From Ostrea edulis (taxonomy: Eukaryota), in contig NC_079172.1 in NCBI RefSeq assembly GCF_947568905.1, forward strand, positions 59,954,001 to 60,018,000: a stretch of 64,000 nucleotides of DNA, given 5' to 3'. The notes under the pieces are model-generated. The model made no database searches. It had not been told where the DNA came from and was given only the letters and a program-made list of their open reading frames with translations. The translations under genes and the position numbers were made by a program. This document shows positions 22,290 to 36,300 of this stretch, piece after piece (the first letter of the stretch is position 1; every line of letters begins with the position of its first letter).

Positions 22290-23920
22290 CCAAGTTAATA
22301 ACGCATGTGACCACCATTTGCATTCACGCATGCTTGACAACGACGCCTCATTGATGTCACTAAAGTGTTCAGAAATGCTTGAGGGAAGTTGTTCCAGATG
22401 TTGGTTAATTTGTCACTAGCTGATTTGGTAGACCTCGTAGACGTAGTTCCATTTCATCCCAGACATGCTCGATCGGGGGAAACAGCTGGCCAAGGCAAGA
22501 CATCGACATTCTGTTGAACAAAAGTCCCTGACTACACGTGCAACATGTGGCATTGTGTTGTCTTGCTGCAGAGTGATGTGATTTTGCTGTCTCTGTATGA
22601 AGGGTATCACATGGCGCTGAATAATTTCGTCTCGATAGCGTACGCCGGTGAGATTTCCATACAATTTATAGAGGTGGTCCTTCCACGTGCTGTATTCCAC
22701 CCCACACCAGTGCGCTACCTCCACCGAATTGTCGACCACAGCGGGGTTGGGGTGTCCCGAGTAAAATAAGTAATAACAGCATATTCATATAAAAGTAAAA
22801 TTCTTTCAAGCGTCGCATATTTTTAGTAAAAACCGTTTGTCAATACATTAACAAATATCCTATCACGTGGGGAAATCCTTTGCTTACCTATTATGTCGTC
22901 ATACAAGTGACGTAGAACTATTTTTATCCGCTAGACTTTTAGTTGTTTATCACCTCGTTACAGGTGAGATGCACTCAAATCATTTGCAGCTTGGGCTTGA
23001 TATGTCGACATTAATATGGTAAATTTAAAGAGTGATAAGGATCGGTACAATATCCTCTCAAATATAGCAGTTTCCATAATATCGACTCAAATATTGGGCA
23101 TTTTCCATTCACATCCAAATCGTATGTAAACGAGGCAAAACATTGTATCTTCCGTATCAAAATCCTAAATCTGCAACTAGTTACCTTTCTGAATATGCCT
23201 TGGTCGAAATAAAATATCGTCATCTTTCACCTGTAACGAGTCGATATATAGATCTACATGCGTTGGTTTTCTTTATTCCAAATGACTATACAAATCGGGG
23301 GCGATATCAATTTTTAAAGGTCACAGAGTGATGTAAAGATTACTTTATAGTCTTTCGTGCACATATTATATATATGAGACATATATTATAGAAGAAATTT
23401 GGGGGGGGGGGGGGGGGATCATCTGACAAACAGATTAAAACACATACAGCTTGAACACTAGATAACGGCAATAAATAGCGAGAAAATATTATGACATTTT
23501 CCTCGCGATACTGGGGACAACTTAACCCTGCTGCGACGTTGCACAACACAAGCGTCCTGGTACCGCTCCCCAACGCGACGATACACTCTACAGCTGTATT
23601 CTGAATCGCAGATGTCGTCTGCACCACGCTAGTCTAGCAATACGATGACGTTGAAGCAGTATTGGGCGCACCGCTGGACGTCTTCTGATGTTGTGCTCGC
23701 GCAGACGATTACGCACAGTTCTTGGACTGATTGGTCGAAGTCCAGGAATTCTGCGAGCAGTCAAACTTGCTGTCTGGAAACGATTTTTTCAGGTACACAA
23801 GTCTATAATGTGGTTGTCCTGTTGACGCGACGTCACACGAGGACGCCCAGAACGTGGTCGATCCCGAGTGTTACCAGATTGTTGGAAACGTCTCCATAAT
23901 CAGTGAAGGAAGCATGGCGA
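22290..23920 (-). pseudogene. Tc1-like transposase relic split by an insertion
   Basis: N-part LWRRFQQSGNTRDRPRSGRPRVTS..RTVRNRLRE..VYRRVGERY (23920-23536); C-part RQFGGGSALVWGGI..GNLTGVRYRDEII..LQQDN..PHVARVVRDF (22736-22290). Confidence 0.85.
22737..23535. mobile_element. Non-autonomous TIR element (CACTA/EnSpm-like termini) inside the Tc1 ORF
   Basis: 25-bp TIR CACAGCGGGGTTGGGGTGTCCCGAG vs CGCAGCAGGGTTAAGTTGTCCCCAG; 2-bp AC duplication; removing it restores VQRRQFGG. Superfamily is inferred. Confidence 0.65.
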
Positions 23921-24501
23921 TTTAAGGAGGTATGCTACACACCAGAGAAATTTGATGTAGATGAAGCTAAAATTTTGTTCAGAATTCTGTATTGAAACTT
24001 ATATTTGTACACCTCTAAACAATGTCATTAATATATTAAATCATTATTTAAATCTTTGTTATTTCATATTAATAAGAAGAGATATACTTATATATATATA
24101 TGATTTGATTTCACAGGCCTGGCTGATTATTACGGGTAGTTAGTCTAAAACAGACTATACCCCAGGACCACTCAGGTGTGAAAATCACAGTTTTATTTAC
24201 AATATGAATAAGATGCATTTAATCATTATGTATATTTTACACCGGTAATATTGTAAAGAAAAATGATTTATGACATGGTTGTAAACAATATACACTTTGA
24301 AGACGAATTAACTAAATCTTAAACAGTTATATAACTCGATTTTTTCCAAATCAAATGTAGTATTTTCTTGTTCACACCAAATATTTACCCTAGATCAATC
24401 TCAAACTATTTTTCTTTCACACAATAAGCCCAGTATTTGTTACAATCTTTCATTCTATCACATTTGTAATATGATTTATCATAGCAATTTCTAATAATAT
24501 G

Positions 24502-24562
<61 letters not shown>

Positions 24563-24926
24563 GTTTATGAGATAAACTACCTGAAATTAAGTTTTGTATA
24601 GGACAAATTATTACGAAAATGCATGTACAACTTTCTTTTTCATTATCAAAACATAAAATCTATAAAGATAATTGTACAGATAAACCAGATAAGCAAGCAT
24701 ACATGTACCAATTGTGATCCCTGAGTGTGACCCTCTCATTGGTTGGCTATTAGACTTTTATTTTCACTGTAAATAATTATGAGCATAATTGTTTTGTCCA
24801 GAAACATCAATAACTAGTACTCTCATCCTTTGATTTATTCTCTCTAAAAGCAATTAATAATAATCATATACTCAGTTTTCATTTATTATATTTAGTTCAG
24901 TAAGATTCTATATCACTTTCTTAAGT

Positions 24927-26331
24927 ATGGCTAACGCTCAAGTACGGGTAGATTTTCTAGAGAATGGTAGAGGAGGGCTTTTTCTTCTTTATGGTGGCTT
25001 TAAGTATTCTGTCCGGAACAGATATAATGACAGAACCTATTGGAGATGCGTTGACAGACAGTGTCCAGCAACTCTAACAACAACCAACAACATCATCGTG
25101 TCATTTGGGAGACAACACAACCATGATGATGACTACGTTGGGCTTGCTGCGGAATCATTTATTAGTGGTGTGAAGAAGAGGTGCCGAGATGAAGCAACAG
25201 CGATCCCCACCATTTATGATGAAGAATTAGGAGGACTACGCAATGCTGAATGTGATGATTCAGTGGTGGATATGATTCGACAGATACCAACCTTTCAGGC
25301 CTCCAAGTCTGCACTTTATAGAGCCCGTGCCAAGACAACTCCAAAATTACCCACATCACAGGATGACATCAACCTCCATGGACCATGGATCAACACCTTG
25401 GCAGGTGAAAGGTTTCTTCTGTGTGATGACACTGATGCACAAGGGCACAGAATCATGATCTTTGCAACCGACACCAACATAAATCATCTGTGTGCAGCGG
25501 AAGTAATTTTCAGTGATGGGACATTCTATCCATGTACACGATTCTTCACGCAGCTGTACACTCTTCATGGAAATGTAAATGGAACAATTTTTCCTCTCAT
25601 CTATGGACTATTGCCTAACAAGAGTGAGGACACTTACAATCGGTTTTTCAATCTCTTGAAGGATTCAGCTAGAAGACTCCAGTCTGTGTTGACCCCAGAA
25701 AGTTGGCTGCTGGACTTTGAGATCGCCGCTCAAAATGCAGTTCATCACAACTTCCCAGGTGCTTCAATCAAGGGATGTTTTTTTTCACTTTACTCAGTGT
25801 ATCTGGAGAAAAGTACAATCCTGTGGATTAACCGTGCGATTCCGGGATGATGAGGACTTCCATCGCCTCGTGAGAAAAACAGCTGTTCTCCCTCTGATTC
25901 CTGAACACCAAGTGGAGGATGTGTGGTTTCAGGCGCTGGAAGATAATGAGGATGATGGCCATGATGTCCTACGTTTCAAGGACTATGTCACTGAGACATG
26001 AATAGAAGGGCATCTGACGAACTGGAACCACTTTGACAATGATGGGCCCAGAACGACAAATGCCGTAGAAGGATGGCACAACAATTTGAACAGGATGTGT
26101 CGACACCCTCATCCGAATATCTATGTGTTTATCCAACTCATTCAGAAAGAACAGGCAGCCAATGAAGCCAAAATCATCCAACTTTCTGCTGGAGGAGTGA
26201 TTCGGCCAAAAAAGAGGAAATACAGGCAGTTAAACACACGAATTCGGCAGCTTAAGGAAAGATTTCGCCTGGGTGAAATTCAAGTGATGGACTATGCAGA
26301 TGCCGCATCTCATCTCATTAATTTAGACTGA
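24927..26331 (+). pseudogene. MULE (Mutator-like) transposase with FLYWCH domain, one frameshift and one nonsense codon
   Basis: FLYWCH-like YWRCVDRQC..HNH; catalytic FSDGTF, LLDFE, C-FFH and NAVEGWHN. An extra T in the T8 run at 25778-85 and TGA for Trp at 25999-26001. TIRs not resolved. Confidence 0.88.
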
Positions 26332-27399
26332 TGTGTTCCTTTTACATGCATTTCTTTATGCGTTTCATTATTAGACTGATATGTTCCTTAAATTTTCTTA
26401 AAATAATAATAATAAAAATGTACAAAAATAAAGAATTAATCTCAAGTCTTTCTTTTTTGGAAATGGAATTTTACTGCCCAGTTTTAAAACTAAACCAAAT
26501 TACCTGTGATTTATTACAAAACAGACTATAGGTTACCTGTAATTATTTTCCTTTGTTCTTTGACACCCTTACCTGTGCACCATTCCCATCTAGCTAAAAC
26601 CAGTCAACCGTACATATTTCAGAATTTTAGCTAAGTGGGAAGACACCACATTATGTGACCTAAACCATGCTGAAATTAAATAATTCGCCTGTCAAAATTT
26701 GCCCCCCACCCCCCACCCCCACCCCCACCCCACACACACGCACACACAAACACCGTCAAAAGTTCATCTTATAAAAGATATGATATATCATATATTTTCC
26801 CCTCCACAATCCGGAAGACAAACCCCTGTGGAAATTCTACCCGAAATACCCAAGGAATTGAACATTAGAAAATACAAGTGTCTATGATTACTACAGGTGA
26901 CTATTTCCACTTGGTGAGTTGAATCAAAGTGTACTACCAGATCTAGTTTTACGCCAGAGTTCTTATCAAAATACAGTAAAACACGAGAGCCAATGGGGTC
27001 TAAAGGCGACCGACCGACTCCTCCCCCCCCCCCCCCCCCCCTCCCTGACTTCTTCATGTCTATCCATTATTATTATTATTGTATGGGGGTGGGGGGGTCT
27101 TCTTTTTTCAACACTGAAAGCTGTCATAGCGACATTTATTTCGGAAATACTATGTTTGATGGAACTCAATTTTATATTTTATAAATCTGCGTCATTTCAC
27201 TGTTTCACAGCAAAATGTTTTCGTGGTGGTTACATAAAAAATTTAATGACAATGTAATGTTCAAAGTGAAAGAGGAGTAAGCAAGAAAGATTAGATATTT
27301 CCATCCGACGCTCTCTATTTAGACATATACTAAACAATGGTTTATTCAACGTGTGAGGGTAAATAACATATTCAAATAATCGTGATTGGATTTTTAAAG

Positions 27400-30300
27400 A
27401 TGGCTACTCCAAGTGAAGCCCCTGTGAGTGAAGCAAAGAAAACGTCAGATGAAACCGAAAGTCTCGAAAGAAATTCCAACGAAAACGCAAATGACAAGTT
27501 AGCGGAAAAGAGTAACCTTCACGAATCCACAAAGGACGATGATTCCTCAGGAAGTGAATATGAATCGGCAGAAGAGGATCAGAACATTGTAGATGACGAA
27601 GACGAGGAAGTGGAAGAGATCCTGACTGAGGAGGTCAAAAAAGTTAGGAGAGTTTTAATTGTGTACATCAGATTCAGTTCATGGAAGATATAATCTGATC
27701 CAGTTTTCATGAAATCTCTCTCGTCATGTAATAGTTACCAACCCCCAGCATTTATGAAATTTGAAAATCTGGGCATGGCCCTCTTTTGGGAAGCAAAAAA
27801 AATCTGGTCATAAAGCATAACAACATTTTTGACATGTTTGCCACAATAATGAGTTGGGCTTATCAGACCATTACGCAATCCACTATAAATAAAACATCCA
27901 ATGAAATCACTGCATCTTGATATTGTGTACATGGATACAAGTGACGTGATCTCATACTGCTGTATTGATAAACACACGCACACCACTAATTACATGTATT
28001 GATAGTAGATCAAGTTTGGAAACTTTTTTTTTTAATACAATATTGCTTAAATGATTGAAATAGCCATAACTGTAGGTATGAATACATGCATTTTTATTTG
28101 AATCTCTCGCTTTACGTTGTTATAAATAGAACTACATTGTCATTGGTTCCCACTCTTTATGGAAACAATCAGAACGAGCACAACTTTTTAATAGTCACTG
28201 ATGTCAAAGGTTAATGCGAGGTAACGAATCAATAACCCTTGACTTGTGAAGATGTTAATAATGGGGGAAAGTATGACCCACTGGGTCATAAAAAGTAATT
28301 AGGTTATGGGGTGTAACCCAACAAAATTGGATGAGTTGGCAATTATGCATTAACCTTTCATGTAAAATGTAACATAATTGTAGCTGTGTCAAAAAAAAAA
28401 AAACCAGGAGTCCCACAAAGCAGAGTTCATTTATAAACATGACATCAGATGTGCTCAGCATTATATGTCAGCAATACATAGAATCACAAACATATTGCAT
28501 GAAGTGATAGTACATCAGTACGCAACTTCCGAGATATCAGCTCTTCTGCGATAGAGGTGCGTTTAGTGTTCTGTTGAACGCTTGGGTGGGTACAAGATGT
28601 ATACATATACTATAGACAAGCTATGTAACTACGGATAAAAGTAATGAAAGTGTAAATTTTGTTTATATCAGCTGTTGGTATGCATTAAACTGATCATATT
28701 ACGGTAAGAATAATATTTGATTGAATTATAGAGGTGCGCGGTATTACCGGTATACCGGTATGTTTTCGCTACCGGTATGTACCGCGGTACACGAGGCCAA
28801 ATACCGGTATGTTCAAGTCCGACAACTCTTAACAAAAATATAAAATGGAAACAAAGCATAGATATAAAAATATACAATATAAAATCTAAATATATCTATA
28901 CATTAAAAAAATAAATATTTATTAAAGAAACAAACATCAACATTTGTATACGTTGTGACTCACTTTATTTACATTGTCTCTTCGTCATGATGTAATGAAA
29001 GGTATGTCTAACTACAGTACACAATCGGCAATACGTATCAAGTATTTTAAAAAATAAAACGATTTGATTTTTAATAAAAACATATCAAAATTTTTAAAAA
29101 CTGATAGAAATAAATTTCATTTCAATAAGAAAACCTTTAATATTTGGTAGACTATAAAATTGTTTTATGTTGTATGCTTTATGCGGGTCATATACCGTTC
29201 CCGCCAATTAGGCAAACCCCGAGTAAAATGGAAGTAGCAGACACGGATTTTGAGATCGTACCAAATAAAAGAGCAAAATCCTCAATTTGGAAACAGTTTG
29301 GTCTGAAGAAAAGGAAGTCAGATGGAAGGATTGAGGAAAGTGTTGCGATTTGTAAACTATGTGACTCTGTGATCAAGTGTGCGGGAGGTGGCACTTCTAA
29401 TCTTACAGCCCATTTACGCCGTCACCATCCACTACAAGTTACAAGTACTGCTACAGCTACCTCTGAAAAAAGTAACGCCGCGTCCCATGGTTTTCAGCCA
29501 CAATCTCTGACTGTAGCTGGGATGTTCGCTAATAGACAGCTTTATAAATCTTCATCACCCAAAGCAGTGGACATTACGCAAAAAATTGCTAAATTTTTGG
29601 TCAAGGACCTTAGACCTTACAGAATGGTTGACAGCCCAGAGTTTAGAGATATTATCAATGCATTGGACCCGAGATACCAAGTTCCATCTCGAAAACAATT
29701 TAGTGAGGCCATCATCCCTAAAATGTACAACGCAGTGAAGGAAAATGTACTAAAAACCTTGTCATCAGCAACACAGGTAATTGTGATAAGATATTTTATT
29801 TTGTCATCAACGACACGGGTAATTATGAAAAAAAAAATTTCATTTTTGAGATAAAGTAACACTTAAGAAAAAGAAAATACATAGTCACTATACACACATT
29901 TTAATTAACACTTTACGACAGTGTATGTTTAATGTTTATATTGTTTACCGAGTTCATAATTACAAAAATATATTCTGAATTAATTAAGGTGGCAATCACT
30001 AGTGATGGATGGACCTCGAGGTCAACCGAGTCATATGTCACTGTCACGGCAACCTTTGTTGATGCAAATTGGGAGATGCAGAATTATGTTCTTCAAACCA
30101 GGCCCATGCCAGAAAGTCATACAGGTTTGTTGTTTTAAATTTCATATTACACAATGTATATTGGATGATATTTCCTTGACCCTTGTGTAACTTACTTATA
30201 TGAAAAATTAGAGAATTAGAAATCGATGAAATAAGAAAGTAATAATTTAATTAATTTTGAATGTATTTTACAGCTGAAAATGTGGCATCTGTCATCAGGG

Positions 30301-33300
30301 AGGCCTGTAAAGAATGGAAACTTCCAAGTCCTCTTGGTCCTCCGCCACTGGTGTCTGACAATGCAGCAAATATGTTAAAAGCAGGGCAGATAATTGGGTG
30401 CATTCACATAGGATGTTTAGCTCACACTCTGAATTTAGCAGCACAACGTTCCCTGAAAGTGAAAACTGTCTCTAATCTGTTGGCCCGTATCAGAACCATT
30501 GTTGCATTTTTTCATCGCAGCACTGTGGCAGCATCAGTTTTAAAAGCCAAGGCAGAACTGTTGGCTATCCCAAACCACAAACTCAAAATTGATGTGTGTA
30601 CCAGATGGAATTCTACCTTTGATATGATTGAGAGATTTCTAGAAATGCAGGCTGCTGTCATAGCTTCACTTAGATGCAAGGAATTATCACATATTAAGAA
30701 CAAGGATATAAGCAACCTAAGTGATGAGAGTGTCTCTCTGGCAGAAAACATTGCAGCTTGTTTGAAACCCTTAAAGGACATGACCACTATGCTCTGCACT
30801 GAATCCACTCCAACTCTTTCTGTGATTATGCCACTTCATCGACAGCTCATCACCAACATTCTAGTCGCAAAAGAGGATGATTCCCACACAGTTGTGGAGA
30901 TGAAGAAGCTTATGAAAAATGATTTGGAATCAAGGTATGCAGACAAGAAAGACTTTCTCAACATGGTGTCAGCCATTGATCCTCGTTTTAAATCTTTACC
31001 ATATCTCACTGATGAAGAAAAGACAGATGTGTTTGACCATGTCACGCAGGAAGCAGTACGTCTAGCAGGAGCCAAATTGAAACCATTTGTTGTGAAAACA
31101 GAAAAAGATGAAAGCACATCTACGATTGTTCAGCCTAACTTGCCCTTATTGCCTGCGCTTCCTGGTGATTCAGAAATTCAGATTAAAAATGAAACAGTTG
31201 TTGAAACCAGCAGCAAGACAGGAACATTTGCAGATTCCTCCTGTGTCTTGCATGACATTTTGGGTGATGTATTTGTTACTTTAGTAGAGCCACCAAAATC
31301 ATCCCTTGAGTTAGTACAGATGGAAGTCATCAATTATAAGAGTGAGCCATCAATTCCACTAAAGGCCAATCCTTTAAACTGGTGACGTGACCACAAGACC
31401 AAATATCCACAGCTGTGTGATCTAGCTAAATCTTTCCTCTGTATCCCAGCCACAAGTGTGCCTTCAGAGAGGGTGTTCTCAACTGCAGGAGACATTATAA
31501 CTGCACAACGGGCTAACCTTAAAGGAAAGCATGTGGACACTCTGATCTTCTTGAAAAAAAAATATGATATAAGATCATATAGATTTAAAACAGTTCAATT
31601 AATCCATCCATTTACCAATGTTCATTGTTTATTATAGTTTGTTACTTTTGCGGGTTTTTTTTATATTCTTTTGTTTATAATAGTCATTCCTGTTGATTCT
31701 AGTCATGATACAGAGACACTGCTGTATACTAAGTATATACTATATACTTACTTTTATGTTGTTACTGGTTTCAAAATAAAATTTGACAATATATTTCTCT
31801 TTTTATATTGCATCGAATAAATTAAATACCATTTGCAATCAATTAACTATTACCTGCTAATTATATACAATGAATCACAACTAAAAAACGATAAAAATTA
31901 AATCATATTACTTAAAGGTAAAATGTGCGGTATACTGTGGTATGTACCGCGGTATTGTGCAAATACCATGGTATACCGCGGTACTTTTTTTTTTGGCGGT
32001 ACCCAACCCTATTGAATTAGGCCATTAGATTAAATATAAAATTATTTTTATATCCTCTTCTGCACGAGTGATATTCTAATCAAAGAAAAATGGTGATTAT
32101 CGATTTTTGTTTGAGCTGTTTCATTATTAGATACAACTAAACTTACTAATATTGTGTGCCCCTGCAGTTTGGGTGGTTGCATGATGTCTGATAATCGGCC
32201 TTTAGGCAATATATGAAGGCAGTGATAAGCATTTGTACCCACCGCGTGTGGACGATAGTATGTTTTGTGTCTCACTGTGCATAAGAGTTCCACAAAGGGG
32301 AAGAACTATTGGGTAACTCAGAAATTGCGTGTTGATTAATATATTTGAAATAAATGTTTTCTTTTGTATCAGAAATTTTACCATTTCTTCTTTAAAGGAA
32401 AGAAGAAGTGAAGCACAAGTTCAGAAACAGGAAGGAAATGATTTCTTCAAGAAGCAGGAATATGAAGAAGCTGTGAAATCGTATAGTCGAGCACTTAGAT
32501 TATGTCCCAAGGACTATGTCAAAGACAGATCCATTTTATACTCAAACAGGGCAGCATGTAAGATGAAAAAGGTATTCATTTTTATGTCATGTATTTTAGT
32601 TTAGATCACTGTATTGTAAATGATATAAGCAAGGAAAAGTTTGTATGTGTTGTAAGCGGCCTGTTTTATTATTAGACAAAGTAACTGAACACCATCAGGT
32701 ATCTTGTTAGATATTCTTACAGTGTGATCCCCATAATAAAGAAGACATTTATTCCTATAGTTTAACAAAATAACCTTATTCCTATCAATGTTTCGTGATA
32801 TGTGTATAACATCATGGGGGGTATCTTTATTCCTCTTTTTAAGGTTTTTCTTTTACAAATTTATTTGATATCAAGAATGAGTATGAAGAAGCAATCGTAG
32901 ACAGTAACAGTGCTTTGGAGCTTCATCCTCAGTATCTGAAGGCATTGCTACGTCGAGCAGAATTATACGAGAAAGTAGAAAAGCTGGAGGAGGCGCTGGC
33001 GGACTACCAGAAGGTTGTAGAGATGGACCCCTCACAGCACACAGCCAGGGCTGCATGTATTGTAAGTCAGAAATCTTTTTAAAAAAGCAGTAAGTCTGCA
33101 TTTCTGGTAAATAATAAAGATTAATAGAATCCTTCATTAGTACGAGTGTGGGATAGGGAAATTCCACCGAGGGGACAAGATTCGCAGTCTAGGACGAGGC
33201 TTTGCCGAGTCCTAGACAGCGAATCTTGTTCCCGAGGTGGAATTTCCCTATCCCACACTAGTAAATAATGAAGGATTATTTTTCTCACATTTTATCTACA

Positions 33301-36300
33301 GTTTAGTGCACAAATTTAGGAGCTTTAAGAAAATTCTGAATTATCAAAATCCTCATTTGAACTTCAATGCAAAAACTAATTAGATAGGCAGAAAGATCAT
33401 ACCCAAAAATGGTTTACACTGTAAGTGTAAACTAAAACTCCAAGGTTGTCCAACAGAAAGCTATATACATTAAGATTTAAAGATAACAATGTAAAATATT
33501 TTTACTTCACCGTGTAACGTAAATCTTCACCGTGTAACGTAAATCATAGAAAATATATGACGTCACAATCCAATGACGTCGCAGCAGTGTGAGACAGAAA
33601 AATCTCACATGGCTGTCTCACATGGGTAAAGTCGATCTCACACTGGTGATAATGTGAGAAGAAGGTGTGCATGTTACATGTATGACTTCAGGTGATCCTC
33701 GATGGTTTGAACTTTGATCTCTTGAAGTTTGTGATCTCTCAAATTAATCTCCTGGTCCTCATTTTTTCCCTCTCTATAATATACATGTACAAATTTACTC
33801 TTGTTCCCTTAAACTCCCAATCTCTTCATTTCTTGAAGTAAAATATAAGTCTTGTTATATATAATCCTTTAAAAGTTATTCCCAATATCTTAAAGTCCTA
33901 CTTGTTTATATAAGCCATCTGTTACCCTTGACCAAATCAGTACCTAGTGGACAATACCTGAGATTGATTGATTGATTGTATATTGTTTAACGTCCCTCTT
34001 GAGAATATTTCATCTTATGGAGACGTCACCATTGCTGGTGAAGGGCTACAAAATTTAGGCCTATGCTCGACGCTTATGGTCTTTGAGCAGGGAGTGATCT
34101 TTATCATGCTGTGACACGGGACCTCGGTTTTTGCAGTCTCATCTGAAGGACTGCCCCATTTAGTTGTTTCTTATGACAAGCAAGGGGTACTGAGGACCTA
34201 TTCTAACCCGGATCCCCATGGGACCAATACCTGAGAGATGGCTATTATCATGAAAACAGGGACTGATAGATTGGTCTAATTAACGAAGACTCTTCCTCGG
34301 GTATTCCAACCTGGGAATTAATTAGTGTGTTGAATGACTGACTGCAAACTAAAGTTAGACTTAACGCTAACTTTGAGATATACGTGAATTTATTACTGGA
34401 ACAAACAACAAAATGAATAAACACAAATAAAAATATTTGGTTTCCTTATTCATATTTCAGATGAAGTTTTATGATTAAGTAGTGATGAAACGATTGTTGC
34501 CGATGATCGATTGTCGGTCGTTCAGAGACCTATGATGCTACTGATCGATTACAAAATAAAAGTCGCCGATATCGTTGACCAAACAAAATCCGGAAATCAC
34601 GTCAACTTTGTTCAAATTTTATTTTCTGTATGTCAAACCCAATCAAAATCAAGCAAACAAAATGGTGGGAGATATGAAGGATGGTAACAACGACATTCAA
34701 CAGTCAAATAAAGGAGTATATCTCTGATATGTTTGAAATATTGAGATTATAAATAAATTTTTGAAACTCTAATTTATTTATCTGTGAACAAATAAAACAA
34801 AGAAGAATTCAAATGTTGTTCCATATGCTTAATGATTCTGTTATCTATTTTGAGAAAAAGCCATTTAAATGACATTTCCGATTATTAATCGATTACATGT
34901 TTCCGATTATTACCGATAATCGATTATGGTTTTTGGTCCACTATGATTAAGTATATTACTTTAGGGGAACAAAATTATACAAAATTTTACTAGTGCAAGC
35001 CTAACAAGATACAGAGTTATATTCAATTTGCGTAAAACTTAAAACCCATAGATCAGCGTTCCGATTTCCGGTCTCAAGAAAACTCAAACTATCAACCTTT
35101 TCCAAAATTTTATTGTGATCCTTGGACTTTGAGCTCTTAAGAGGCACGTAAACATGTATTATCAGGTGTGCATATTGCAAAAATGTTACATGTATAATCT
35201 GGTATACATGTTCTTTGTAGAATTAGGTGTACATGCTACAAGTATGAATAGGTGCGTAAGTGTGTTTGTTGTAAACATTTACTAATAGAGGACAGCAACT
35301 CCATGTTTAATAGTTACATGTGAAGACATATCGGATAAAACCAGCATACAGTAAAACACACATATAGGGAACAGACAATAATGATTTCTTATAAACGTAA
35401 TTCTTTGTATCCAATAAGTTCATAATACGTCTTAAAACCTACAGTAAAACTCACCAATAGTGAAGTGGTGGGGACAAACAATTACAGTAAAACACACTTA
35501 TAGTGAAGTGCTGGGGACAAACAATTACAGTAAAACACACTTATAGTGAAGTGCTGGGGTCAAACAATTACAGTAAAACACACTTATAGTGAAGTGCTGG
35601 GGACAAACAATTGCAGTAAAACACACTTATAGTGAAGTGCTGGGGTCAAACAATTACAGTAAAACACACTTATAGTGAAGTGCTGGGGACAAACAATTAC
35701 AGTAAAACACACTTATAGTGAAGTGCTGGGGACAAACAATTACAGTAAAACACACTTATAGTGAAGTGCTGGGGACAAACAATTACAGTAAAACACACTT
35801 ATAGTGAAGTGCTAGGGACAAACAATTACAGTAAAACACACTTATAGTGAAGTGCTAGGGAAAAACAATTACAGTAAAACATGCTTATAGTGAAGTGCTG
35901 GGGACAAACAATTACAATAAAACACACTTATAGTGAAGTGCTCGGGACAGACACTTTTTGATTTGTTATAAACGTAATTCATTATATTCAATAAGTTAAT
36001 GAAATGTTTTAAAACTACAGGGAATGAAAATAACTTTGGTGTAAGCTTGAATTCATTGTAAGCTTGTTCGTTGTATCTGTGATTTACTGTATTAGTAAAC
36101 AATAAAGTCTGTAGGTTTACATTGGCACTGGTAATGTAAAAGTCCCGATCATGGTTTATGCATGCAAAATTGTTCTTTTAAAAGTATTGAGTTACGGTTT
36201 ATTATTGAGTTGCAATATATTACTTTATATATGCATAAATTTCATGTATAGTGATGACTATTTCTTTTCATGTAAGAGGGGGTAGAGGGAGAGGGTGTTA

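Noticed and set aside
24110-26700. TIRs for the MULE transposase
   Set aside because: Only short scattered similarities; no convincing inverted repeat or TSD.
26695-27100. Pro/Gly-rich ORFs and long C/G homopolymers (also near 23400, 38490, 53380, 60835)
   Set aside because: Low-complexity runs whose length is unreliable in assemblies; no coding support.
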